NCBI RefSeq assembly: GCF_016433145.1
Contig: NC_058134.1
Span: 312,155,007-312,219,006, forward strand
Origin: Gracilinanus agilis
Taxonomy: Eukaryota
DNA: 64,000 nt
Direction of reading: 5' to 3'
The number at the start of each line of letters is the position of its first letter. The first letter of the stretch is position 1. A program made the translations under genes and the position numbers. Shown here in pieces: positions 36,657 through 48,225 of this stretch. The notes under the pieces were generated by a model. It saw only the letters and a program-made list of their open reading frames with translations. It did no database searches and was not told the DNA's origin.

Positions 36657-37234
36657 TGTAAATGTTAAAATTAATGGTTTGTCCAATTATATGAAAATTA
36701 TAAATCTTTTATTTATAAAAGAGGTAGAAAGAGTGAAAGTACAAAAGGGTAGAAAAGACATTAACCTATTTAATTAAATATTGTTCCAGTGCTTGGCTCA
36801 GCCAGGACTTGTTAACCTTCTATCAGAATTAAACTCTCTCCAGAAGAAAGGAAGGGAAAACCAGCCATCCACTCCCCCAAGACAATGACTGATGCTGAAT
36901 GCGATGCCTGAGACCTACTTTCTTCTTTGAGCCAACCTTTTACTTGAAGCTGACTTCCTTCTTGGAGTGACTCTCTTCTTGGAGTTCACTCTCTACTAGC
37001 CTCCTTCACCAGATTCCTTCACCAGCCTCCCTCCTCAGGGATTTTCATGGCTTTTATGGTGGTTTCTTATCCCTGCCCCTTTTCACGGGGACCAACGACA
37101 GCTTCCAAATTGTCTGAGTTCTCACCTTTGAATTCACACCTTTCTGAATGTGTAAACTCTTAAATTTCTGGCTTGTTCTCACCTAGCATCAAGTAAGGTG
37201 TGAACTCACAGAGAACCAAGAATTCCCTTTCACA
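36657..37234 (-). mobile_element. ERV solo LTR (578 bp) with 4-bp TSD
   Basis: TG...CA ends, ACAT duplicated at 36653-36656 and 37235-37238, AATAAA on the minus strand near its 3' end. A 4-bp TSD is typical of ERV1-class elements. Confidence 0.85.
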
Positions 37235-37479
37235 ACATCTATATAAAATAAATACATAATATGGTTATGTAATTTATTTTTAATATTCTTATTATTGTTG
37301 AGTTCCAAATTTTCTATGTCCCTTCTCCATCCATTGAGAATGTAAGCAACATGACATTAGTTGTACATGTGAAATCCTGCAAAAACATATTTCCACGTTA
37401 GCCACGTTGCCCAACAAAGGGCAAGAAAAAGGGCCGACCTCTAAGGGAAAGCCTGGAAGGGCCTGAACACCAACCAACA

Positions 37480-37970
37480 AGATTTATGCAGAATATGTTG
37501 GATATAATGCCCAGAGGGAAGGCAAACAGGGAGAGGCTTCTTGTGGAATTTTAGAAGCAAATTGAAGGAAACCAGGAGGCAAAGATGATGAGAGAAAGCA
37601 TTCTGTGCTTGAGGGACTGTCCATAAAAATCTCCAGGATTGGGAGGTGCAAATGTCTCATTCAAGGGTGGTGACTCTGAATTGAAAAATATACAGAGAAG
37701 GGGAGGTATAGCGTGTAAAAGAACTGAAAAGCTGGGGGCAGATCAATAAGGGCTCCAAAAGCTAAACAGAGGATTTAATTGGATCCTGAAAGTAATAGGG
37801 AGCCACTGGAGTTTCTTGAATAGAGGATAGTGCTTTAGAAAAATCACTTTGACAGCTGAATGGAAAATGGACTGGAACAGGGAGAGACTTGTGGAAGACA
37901 ACCCATCAGCAGACTATTGCAATAGTCCAAGTGTGAGGAGATGAGGGTCTGTACCAATGTGGTGACACTA
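37480..37970 (-). mobile_element. L2 fragment
   Basis: gggagccactggagtttcttgaatag...ttagaaaaatcactttgacagctg...gactattgcaatagtccaag, the reverse complement of L2 ORF2 3' sequence. Confidence 0.8.
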
Positions 37971-38599
37971 TGGGAGAAGGAACAGGAAAACTTGAATTCC
38001 TATCCTACTCATTAGCTGTTTAACTTAACCTCTCCTAGACCTCGGTTTCCTTATCTGTGATATGGTTATAATAAATAGCTTTCAACTCCCAGGGTTGTTA
38101 CGAGGATAAAACAAGGTAATTGGGAAATCAGTATAAAAGCTAGTAATTGTGGTTATTTTTAAGTCTGGTCTTCTAATAGGGATGTGATGAACTTCTACCT
38201 TGAGCTTGTGCTGAGGGAGCAGGAAGTTATTCCTTACAATGCCATCACTTGTTTCCCGAGACATGCAATCTGGTGGATAACTTTGTGATATTTGAGACAG
38301 TGGGGGCTCCTCTCCCGAGCACGTGCCGCTTCCTTCGTTCATGGGAGCCAGCGCCTGGCGCACAGTTTTCTTTCTGCCTCAGTTCTCGGCCTCTTGCTAG
38401 AGTACTTCAGGCTGCCTGTTGATGCTCCCTCAAATAACCAGATTTTAAGAAGGTGCTCCAAGGTCTCCCTTTGCTTGACCCCTTCCTCCTACCCTGCTGC
38501 TGCGGTCACTTACTTCCATGTTCACAGGCTCCCAAATCCCTTTGTTCCGTGGTAGCCCTTCATTATTCTGTGGCCTCCCTCCTTCCCCGTTCTTGTCCC

Positions 38600-39400
38600 A
38601 GGCCACAGCATCTGCACCCCTGTGAGCCCTCGTGGAGTCCATCTCCCCGTGGCTCGTTATCCCTTGCCCAATTCCATCCTTGAATTCCTCCCGACGTTTG
38701 TCTCCTTCACTCCTATTCGTGCCCTGCCAAACAGAGCCCTCTTGTAGCTCATTCCCAAGTCCCTGCCTCCTGCGGCGGCTGTTCTCGTGTCTCCTTCAGC
38801 CTCGGCCACGCTACGCTGCGTCCCCCCAGCTCAGGGCCTTCTCTGAAGTGGCCGCTGGGAGAGCTGCCTCTTTGGCCTTCCTCGCCAGCCGATATCACGC
38901 AGGCACCTTCCACTGCCCTCTCTCCGGCCAGCTCTAATGGCCTTTTCTTGACCGTCAGGTATTCTTCCAAGTACCCGCCTCGCGCCTGCCCGGCCGTCCT
39001 TTCCTGTTCTCCTTGGCTGGCTCTCTTCACCCTCATGTTGGGCGGCCCTGAGACGGTCCCGCCGTGGACCCTCGAGCTGGCCTCCTCGCAGCTTCCCAGC
39101 CTGGACGCTCCCAAAAGAAGAGGCTCTTCCCCTGCCTCCTCATGTGCAGCTTCGCAAAGCTCGTCCCTCCCTCCACGTGCCCCTCCGGTCAGCCCTTTTT
39201 CATCCGGCCTCCACTAGCTGCCAGCACTGTTTCCATAAAGCGCAGGAGTGACCGGGTCCCCCAGTCCTCGGTCAGCCCTCGGGGCTCCCTGGCCCCCCAG
39301 GACCACATAGGAGGTGCTGTCCCTCACCGGCGGCCTCTTCCTCTCTCCATCTCCTAGAGTCAAGGCCCTGCGGCCTTCTCGCTACTGCTTGTGGGCCTCG
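38600..39400 (+). mobile_element. L2 ORF2 3' fragment, strongly GC-shifted
   Basis: ctccactagctgccagcactgtttccataaagcgcaggagtgaccgggtccc aligns by eye to recalled L2 ctccacacagcagccagagtgatctttctaaaatgcaaatctgatcatgtcac. Confidence 0.65.
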
Positions 39401-39621
39401 ACTCCTCGGGGCCTAGAACGGTGTGCGCGCACGAGACGAGAAGCAAGGACAGGCTAGCTCTGACGGTACAAAGACTAAACAAAATCATCCCTGCGGGAAA
39501 ATGCGCCCGGGGGAATCTGGAATAAGAAGAGCACAACAAGGAGCCGCTTCAGCAAGCCTTGATCTTCTTAGATTTCTCAAGCATGGTCTGGTCAGATAGA
39601 AGAGGGCGGCCGGGGCAGGCG

Positions 39622-39786
39622 TTTTCCTGGGGTGCCCATTTTCCAGGGTGCCCACTTTCCTGGGTGCCTGTTTTCTGGGGTGCCCACTTTCCCGGGTGCC
39701 CATTTTTCTGGGGCACTCATTTTCCCGGGGCGCCTATTTTCCAGGGCACCCGTTTTCCCAGGGTGCCCGTTTTCCCGGGGTGCCCT
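39622..39786. repeat. Minisatellite, 10 copies of a 16-17 bp unit TTTTCCNGGG(G)TGCCCR
   Basis: Ten units delimited by hand between 39622 and 39786. Confidence 0.95.
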
Positions 39787-39896
39787 GCCAGTGCTGAATC
39801 TCAAAGGGAAAGCATTCATTCTCTAGTTGTGTGAGCCCAAGAGTCGTCCCAGGATTCTGTGCTTTTACTTAGTGCCATTTCCCTCTCTTTTTGCAG

Positions 39897-40084
39897 ATTA
39901 TCAGCGCCTGATGACAGTGGCAGAAGGGATCACCACACTCTTGTTCCCGTTTCAGTGGCAGCATGTCTATGTCCCCATTCTTCCTGCTTCCCTCCTTCAT
40001 TTTCTTGATGCTCCCGTCCCTTATCTGATGGGTCTCCAGTCAAAAGAAGGAACCGATCGCTCTAAACTAGAACTTCCGCAGGAG
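39897..40084 (+). CDS. DENND5B: DENND5B exon 4 (188 nt; cDENN): (D)[62 protein letters not shown]
   Basis: Acceptor TTTTTGCAG, donor GAG|GTAAAC. Contains the canonical c[18 protein letters not shown]...DAPVPYLMG motif. Phase 1 entry continues exon 3. Confidence 0.98.
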
Positions 40085-40539
40085 GTAAACTTTTTCACGA
40101 TTTAGGACGCTTTTGCTTTTGGTTCATATTTTAAGTAAAGTTTAAAAAAGTACCCAAGTTCTTTTCCCCCCTCCCTTTTCGTACTCTTTGTTTTTTTAAA
40201 CCCATTTCTGTTACTCTGGTTAAGGACGTTCTCAGGGAGGGACCCACCTAGGAATGCAGGCGGGCACCTTCTCTGCCACTTCGGGCCTTGTTTTTTAGAA
40301 TCTTTTTATACTTAGATGTTGCTCCCTCTGTCGCCGTCCTTCCTGGGGACTCCTGGGAGCTCCGGGATTGGCCCTGGGGGTGCTCTTGACTCCTCGAGCC
40401 CTTTTTAACCCCTTCCCTGCCACTGGAACTAGAGCTGGGGCATGGGGGGTGGGGGTGGCTCAGGCCTGGAGGCCGGACCTCAGGCAGCAGCTACTTGCGG
40501 GGCAGCCTGGGCCAAGAGCACATCGTGGGTGCCCCATAA

Positions 40540-41050
40540 GTGTTCCCTATTTTGTTCTCTCGGCTCCTCACCATATTCTTGATGTTCGAGCTCTGGGTTC
40601 CGGTGGTGACTTTTTACACTGGGTGCTTCCTTTCAGGGGGTAATCGGGGCCTTGTCTCGGACCTTGGCTCTGATTCTCCTCGATCCGGCCCATTTTTCAT
40701 GGACGGTTTCATGATTGGCTTTTGTATGGATTGTGGTTTTCTCAGGAAGTCCAAAGATTCTCCCTTATCTTTTCAGGTCTGCTTCTTTTGATCTCAGCAG
40801 TCCAAAAACCTTTCTTGCTTTTTTTCAGGCTTTTCATTTTGTTCTAATATTACTGCCGTCTCCTAGACTGGACTTGTGTTTGGTCTCTTCCTGGGAATCG
40901 ATTTCTTCAATAAAGTGGACTTTTTTTCTTTGTACTTTTTTTCCTTTGGCTTCTTTCCTCCAGAACTTTTATTTCATTTTTTAGTTTCTTCCATCTTTAT
41001 TTCTGGTTTTTGAATAGTTCTTATGGAAAAATAAATTTTTCCCATTGAAT
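40540..41050 (-). mobile_element. Old L1 ORF1 fragment, GC-shifted
   Basis: cctttcagggggtaatcgggg...gattctcctcgatccggcccattttcatggacggtttc parallels the L1 ORF1 reverse-strand text seen at 47050-47130. Confidence 0.55.
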
Positions 41051-41439
41051 TTCTGCTTAGTAGTTATTATAGAATTAGACTTACAATAATTATTAATGCT
41101 TCAAGTGTTTTCTTTTATTGACTCAACACTCCTTCTTTAGTACTTGAGTCATAGCTTTATGGGGGGGGGGACTGTCTGCTGCTGAATTTTGGGGTGGGCT
41201 AATCTGCTCTGCTTGACTTCTTTTGGCAAAACCTCATGGGTTTTGCATCCACTCCAGGATTTTTGAGGTTCAGAAGGAGGGCAGTTAAAGACTCTGGAGC
41301 CTGGGGGCTGCCCCTGCCCCGGGGCTTGGCCAGAAGAGCTCTCCTTTCCTTTTAAACAGGAATATCTGATCAAATACAATATTTAACGACAAATGATAGA
41401 AGGGAGAGGTTTTGTTACAGCCACCATATCAATGTGTTG

Positions 41440-41850
41440 GATGGGCCAGGCTGCTCAGAACTTCTCCCCGTCACCCATTTGTCTCTGGGCTCAGCTCTGG
41501 GCTCTCCAGGCTTGTCAGGGCCCCTCGGCCAGCAGTAAGTAGGCTCACACTGGAATCCGCCTGGATTCCTCTTCCTCTGGGGTCTTTTCCTCCGATGAGT
41601 CTACCCTTCCTTGAGCCTCTGTTTTCAGGAAGGGCCTCGGTGAGCCGTTTTCTTTCCTTCTCTCTTCTTCCAGCCTTCAGTCTCCTGCCTCTGGCCGGTA
41701 CCTTCTCCTTTTTCAGCTTCCCCTCTTCCCGTGGAATGGAAGCTCCTTGAGGGCAGGAGCGGCCTTTTTGGTCCTCGTCTTCTCTGCCAGGGCTTAGCAG
41801 AGTGCTTGGCACATAGTAAGCATTTAATAAATGTTTGTCAATTGCATTTG
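41440..41850 (+). mobile_element. L2 3' end
   Basis: gaagctccttgagggcagg...cagagtgcttggcacatagtaagcatttaataaatg (canonical L2 tail). Confidence 0.85.
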
Positions 41851-41879
41851 AAATAGTTATCAAAAAATAGATATATTTT

Positions 41880-42084
41880 GGGGGCAGCTGGGTAGCTCAG
41901 TGGATGGAGAGCCAGGCCTAGAGATGGGAGGTCCTGGGTTCCAATCCGGCCTCAGACACTTCCTAGCTGTGTGACCCTGGGCAAGTCACTTGACCCCCAT
42001 TGCCTACCCTCACCACTCTTCTGCCTTGGAACCAATACACAGTATTGACTCTAAGTCAGAAGGTGAGAGTTTTTAAAAAAAAAA
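41880..42084 (+). mobile_element. Opossum-type SINE (SINE-1_MD-like), full length
   Basis: ggggcagctgggtagctcagtgg head, CORE, cttggaaccaatacacagtattgactc tail, poly-A; imperfect TSD agatat(a/g)tttt. Confidence 0.96.
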
Positions 42085-45000
42085 GATATGTTTTTAGCGG
42101 GTTTTTTTCATTTATTAGTTTTTTCCATTACAACCGCATACCATAACTTGTTCAGCCGTTCTCTAGACGAGGGGCGGCCCCTCAGTTTCTAATTCTTTGC
42201 TGCTACAAAAGGAGCTGCTATAAATATTTTGGCACAAACTCGTCTCCTTTCTAAAATCTCTTTGGGGTACAGACCTAGCAGTAATATTGCTGGACCACAG
42301 GGCAAGCACAGTTTTAAAGTTCTTTGAGCATAGTTCCAAATCGCTATCCGGAATGGCTGGATCAGTTTGTAGCTCTGCCAACAGTGGATTAGTGTCCCGA
42401 TTTTGCTACATCCCTCCGACATTTATTTTTTTCCTTTTCTGTCAGATTAGCCAATATGATAAGTGTGAGGAGGGGATACCTCAAGGTTATTTTAATTTGT
42501 ACTTTTTTAATTAAGAGCAATTTAGAGCATTTTTTTCATGTGATTTTATATAACCTTGATTTCTTCATCTGAAAATTGCCTGTTCATGTCCTTTTACCAT
42601 TTATCAATTGGGGAATGATTTGGATTATTATAAATTTGAGTCCGTTCTCTATAAACATTTTTCCTAGCTTTCTCCTCTTCATCTAATCACGCTTACATTG
42701 GTTTTGTTTGTGCAAAAACTTTTTTGGGGGGGGTTTAATATAATCAAAGTTACCCATTTTATATTCTGCAGAGCTTTCTATCTCTCTTTTAATTACAAGT
42801 TCTTCTCTTAACCATAGATCTGATGGCTATCCATTTGAACCTTATCTTGGTGTAGGATGTGAAATGTTGCTCTACTCCCAGGCTCTATCTTGCCTTTTTT
42901 CCAGTTTTCCCAACAGGTATTGTCAAACAGTGATCTCTTGTCCCCGAAGCCTGAATCTTTGGGTTTATCAGACTCTGACTAACTCTGGTCTTTACTTTTA
43001 TGTGTCGTGTGGCTAATCTCCTCCACTGGTCTACGGCTCTGTTTCTTAGCCAGGTCCAGGCTCTTTTGATGAATGCCGCTTTCTAATACAATTTGAGATC
43101 TGATACTCCTACGCCACCTTCTTTCACATTTTTTTTTCAGTGATTCCCAGGAGATTCTTGATCTTTTGTTTTTCCACATTTGTTTTGTTAGTGTTTTTTC
43201 TAGTTCTGTAAAATAATTTGGGGGCAATTCAATTAGTGTGGCACTGAATGAGTAAATTAATTTGGGTGGGGTTATCATTTTTATTATATTGGCTCTACCT
43301 ACCCAGAAGCAAATAACATTTTTCCACTTGTTTAGATCTGACTATATTTTGTGAAAAGTGTTTTGTAATTGTGTTCATATAATTCCTGGATTTGTCTTAT
43401 TTTAAATTATCTACAGTTAATTTAAATAGAATTTCTTATCAGCCTCTTGTTGCTGGGCTTTGTTGGTCTGGTCATATAAAGGAATGCTGTTGATTTATGT
43501 AGATTTATTTTCTATTCTGCAACTTTGCTCAAGTCGTTATTTCAGCTAGTTTTTTAGTTGACTCTTTAGGACTATCTAAGTATATCATCATATTATCTAC
43601 AAAGAGTAATCGTTTTATTTCTTCATTGCTTATTCTAATTCTTCTAATTCCTTTTTCTCTTCTTATTTCTACAGCTAGTGTTTCTAGTACTATATTAAAT
43701 TATAGAGGTGATAATGGGCATCCTTGCTTCACCTCTGATCTTGTTGGGAAGGCGTCTAGTTTATCTCTATTACAGATTATGCTTGCCAATAAGTTTTAAG
43801 TAGATAATATTTGTCATTTTAAGGAATTTTCCATTAATTCCTGTGTTCTGTAATGTTTTTAATAGGAATGGATGTTTTATTTTATCAGAAACTTTTTCTG
43901 TATCTATTGAGAAAATCATATGATTTCTGTTGGTTTTGTTATTGATATGGTCAGTTATGCTGATGGTTTTCCTAATATTGAACCAGCCCTGCATTCCTGG
44001 TATAAATCCCACTTGGGTTTAATATATGATCTTCATGCTATATTGCTGTAACCTCCTTGCTAGTATTTTATATAAAATTTTTGCATCAATATTCATTAGT
44101 GAGATTCGTCTCATTTTCTTTGTTTTTGCTCTTTCAGATTTAATTATCAATATTATATTTATACTTTAAAAAGAATTTGGTAGGATGCCTTCTTCAGCTA
44201 TTTTTTCCGATAGTATGGGAATTAACTGCTTTTTATGAATCCGTCTGGCCCTGGGGACTTTTTCTTAGGGAGTTCATTGATGGCTTGTTCAATTTCTTTT
44301 TCTGGGTTGGGATTATTTAAGTATTCTATTACCTCTTTAATCTAGGCAATTTATATTTTTGTAAATATTCACCCATCTCACTTAGACTGTCAGATTTGTT
44401 AGCATGTAATTTGTAAGATAGCGCCTAATAATTGTTTTAATTTCTTCTTCACTGGTGATGCATTCACGCTCTTCACCTTTGATATTGGTAATTTGGTTTT
44501 CTTCTTTCTAATGTTCAAATTAATCAATGGTTTATCTTTTTGGGAGGGGTTCCTGATTAAACCAGTTTTTAGTTTTATTAGTTCAATTATTTCAGTTTTA
44601 CTAATTTCATCATTTATTTTCAGGATTTCCAATTTAGTGTTTAATTGGGGATTTTAAATTTGTTCTTTATCTAATCTTTTTATTTGCATACTCAATTCAT
44701 TGATCAGTTCTTTCTCTATTTTATTGATGTAAACAATTAGAGATATAAATTTCCCCCTTACATTTTGCTTTGTTGTCTCATTGTTGTCTTTTTCCTTATT
44801 TATTGTTTCTATAAGTTTCTAAGATAAGTTCCTTGATCCGCTTATTCTTTAGGATTAAAGTATTAAAGTTTCCAATTACTTCTTAATCTCTTTCCATGGA
44901 CTTCTGTTGAACATTATTTTTATTGCATTTTGATCTGAAAAGAGTGCATTCAGTATTTCTGCTTTTCTGCATTTCATTGTGAGGTTTTTATGTCCATATA

Positions 45001-45683
45001 ATACATGATAATTTTTTGTGTACGTGCCATGCAGTACTGAAAAAAAATGTATTCTTTTCTATTCTCATTCAGCTTTCTACAAAGGCCAATCATTTCTAAC
45101 TTTTCTAAAAATTCTTTTCACTTCCTTTTTTTTTCTGTTTTGTTAGAATTATCGAATTCTAAGAGGAAAAAGTTGAGATTCCCCCTTAGCATATTTTTAT
45201 TATCTATTTTCTCCTGTAATTCATTTAACTTTTCCATTAAAATTTGGATGCTGTACCACTTGGCGCATATGTATTTAATATTGCTATTACTTCAGTATCT
45301 CTGGTACCTTTTAGCAAGATGAAATTTCCTTCCTTATCTCTTTTAATTAGATCTCTTTTTGCTTTGACGTGTCTGACATGATGATCGCTACGCCTGCTTT
45401 TTTAAATATTAGCTGAGGCATAAGAAGGTCTACTCCAACTCTTCACCTTTATTCTGTAAGTGTGTGCACTTCAAATGTGTTTCTTGCAAACAGCATAATG
45501 GAGGGTTCTGGTTTTTCATCCATTCTGCCGTTTGCTTCCATTTTATAGGTGAGTTCATCCTAGTCACATTTCCAGTTAACTATTTATTTCCCTCCATCCT
45601 GCCTGCCCTCTGTTTATTCTTCTCTTTTCTTTCACCATATCCCTTTTTGCAAGTGTTTTACTGCCGAACACCGTCTTCCCTTC

Positions 45684-46274
45684 TGTAGAACAGTTATAAG
45701 TAAAGTTATGCGTGTGTGAAGAGGGCAAAGGCATGGGACAGCAGAGTAAGAAATTCTAGAATTCTACTGGAGAGAGTCAGTTAGCTTAGGCTGGAGAATT
45801 CATTCTCTTTTTACCTGAGGAGAGGCTGGACTTCTCCATCCTCCCTGCTTCCCTGTTACCTGATTGAAACATCTATTGGGCTTCCTGAGGGATCCTGGAC
45901 AGCTGAGCCATCTGTCGGTGAGAATCTGCTTGGAGTCCTTGTGGACCCAAAACCCTCTCCTTGGGCCCTGTCCTGCCCTCCATCGCCACCAAAAAGGGGG
46001 GTTTGTTTGGGCTTAGGGGAGGATATTTATATTAGGGTCGGGGTCCCTAGATAGACAGGTGAGCTCAGTGTAGGTAACAGGACACTGAGACCTTGTGGGG
46101 TTTAGATAGAAACCTTCAGTCTAAGTTGCCCAATTACCTTCTTACTTTTCCCTTGTTACAATTAAACCACTTTTATGTATAATCTTAATGGGTTTGAGTT
46201 TCATCTCAGAGTCTGGCGCTGCCGGCCCTGTGCTTGGGTGGCCTTCCCAGAACCCAGGTGACTCTTCTGATACA
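45684..46274 (+). mobile_element. LTR-like insertion nested in L1
   Basis: Non-L1 block starting TGTAG and ending ...TACA, with ATTAAA near 46161. No clean TSD found. Confidence 0.55.
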
Positions 46275-47131
46275 GCCCCTAAACCCACCTTAATATTTCA
46301 ATTCCCTTTTCCCTGTGCCTTTCTCCTTCCTTTTAAGGAAATACAGATTTCTACATTTAACAGAATATGTACTTTATCCCATCTTTGAGCGAAGTCTGGT
46401 GAGAGTAAGGTTTAAGTGTTGTCTGCCCCACCCCCATCTTGCCCTTCGGTGTAATAGCTTTTTCACCTTCTTTTATGTGAGCTAATTCATCCCATTTTGT
46501 CTCTTCCTTCCCTCTTCTCCCAGTGTAGCCTTCTCTCTTCCCTCTTAGTTTTTCTTTATGTCTTCCCATTACAGACAGTTCACATCCACACCCTCCTAAT
46601 TGCCCTAATTTTGATAAAGATCACAGGAATTAGAAGTATGATCTCATATAAAATTATACACAGTTTGACAATTTAACTTTATTTTCTCTTTCCTATTTAC
46701 CTTCTCATGCTTCTCTTGAGTCTTCTCTTTGAATGTCAAGTTTTCTATGGAGCTCTCGTCTTTTCATTAGGAATTCTTGAAAGTTCTCAATGTCGTTAAA
46801 TACCCATTTTTCCCCCCTTGAAACATTATACTGAGTTTCTCTGGGTTGCTGATCCTAGGTTGTCATTGTAATTCCTTTGTCTTCCAGTGACCCTCTAAGG
46901 TGGAAGCTGCCAAGTCTGGTGTAATTCTGTTTGTGGCTCTGTGATATTTGAATTGTTTCTGGCTGCCAAAAATATTTTTTCTTTGTTCTGGGAGTTCTGG
47001 AATTTGTCTATAATATTTCTGAGATTTTTCCTTTTAGGATAGGATCTCTTTCGGGATGTGACAAATGGATTCTTTTAATTTCCATTTCACCCTCTGATTC
47101 TAGGATATCAGGACAGTTTTCCTTGATAATT

Positions 47132-48011
47132 TATAGAGAGCCAGCTCTATATTTTGGGGGGTCCTGAGTGGCATTTAATGGCATCGGATTGAAAAGACAG
47201 GAAACAGAACCCGAGAGCAGCCAGACTAGTGGTTAGCTCATAGCTGCTCCAACTTCATGGAGTCTTGAGTTTAATTATATTCTGGTTTCAAACAAAGAAC
47301 ACAGAGAAAGAGTCACAGCTGTGAAGGGGTTACAAATCATACACAAACCCATTAAAGTCTAAAAAGTAGAGAGATAGGTCCAGGGTCAAGGGTCAAATTC
47401 CAACCACCAATTAGTAGGAAGTTAATTCTGGGAGCAGAAATATATTTCATGGAGATTTTTACTAATGGCGTTCTCTCCAGGACTGCACCTGGGCAGATAA
47501 GTTCTTATCTAACTTTGTCTGTGTCCGGCCTTGATTGTCTAAGTAATATATTTTTCGGAGTTCCAGCTTCTTAATTATCAGGGAGAGAAATGGTTAACTC
47601 AGTAGCTGCTGGTCTGCTCAGGACTCAAAGCTTCCCAATAAGAATACTGAGAAAAGGTGGGGATCTGAAAAGGAGTCAAAAGAGGAGCCTCAGATTTTAC
47701 CTTAGACGGCCCATTCTGTCTGTCCTGACATGCAGTGCAGAAAAAATCATACCCACAGTTTTACTTGCCGATGATTCTGTAATGGATCCAGATAAAGTAT
47801 CTATTACAGACTCTGTTTCTCTAAATGACTCCCAATAGCCTCCTGGAGGGGTCAAGTTGTTTTTGGATTAACCAACCTGCTGGCACCAGAGCTTTTCAGG
47901 GCTCTGGTCACCAGGACCAAATACAAAGCCTGCCTCAGCTTGGATTGGTCACGGAGGGAATCCAGATAACAGGCCCTCTCCTGACCCTATTTCTCCAATT
48001 GGCTCTCTGCA
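47132..48011 (-). mobile_element. 880-bp solo-LTR-like insertion in L1 ORF1 with 6-bp TSD
   Basis: ATAATT at 47126-47131 and 48012-48017; inverted ends TATAGAGAGCCA / TGGCTCTCTGCA; the L1 text resumes in register on both sides. Confidence 0.8.
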
Positions 48012-48066
48012 ATAATTTCACTTAGTATGATATGTAGGTTCTTTTTTCCACTTTTGGTTTTCAGGC

Positions 48067-48225
48067 AGTCTAGTAATTCTTTTTTTTTCTTTTTCTTTTT
48101 TAATTTTGAATATTTTCCCATAGTTATGTGTTTCATGTTCTTCCCTCTCCCCCAAACCTCCCAGCCCCCCTTAGCTGACACACAGTTCCACTGGGTTTTA
48201 CATGTATCATAGTCTAGTAATTCTT
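48067..48225 (-). mobile_element. About 130-bp 5'-truncated young L1 3' end with 15-bp TSD
   Basis: AGTCTAGTAATTCTT at 48067-48081 and 48211-48225 flanking a T-tail plus L1 3'UTR. Confidence 0.9.

Noticed and set aside
39622-39786. CRISPR-like regular repeat
   Set aside because: The units are head-to-tail without unique spacers, there are no cas genes, and the context is a mammalian intron; it is a minisatellite.
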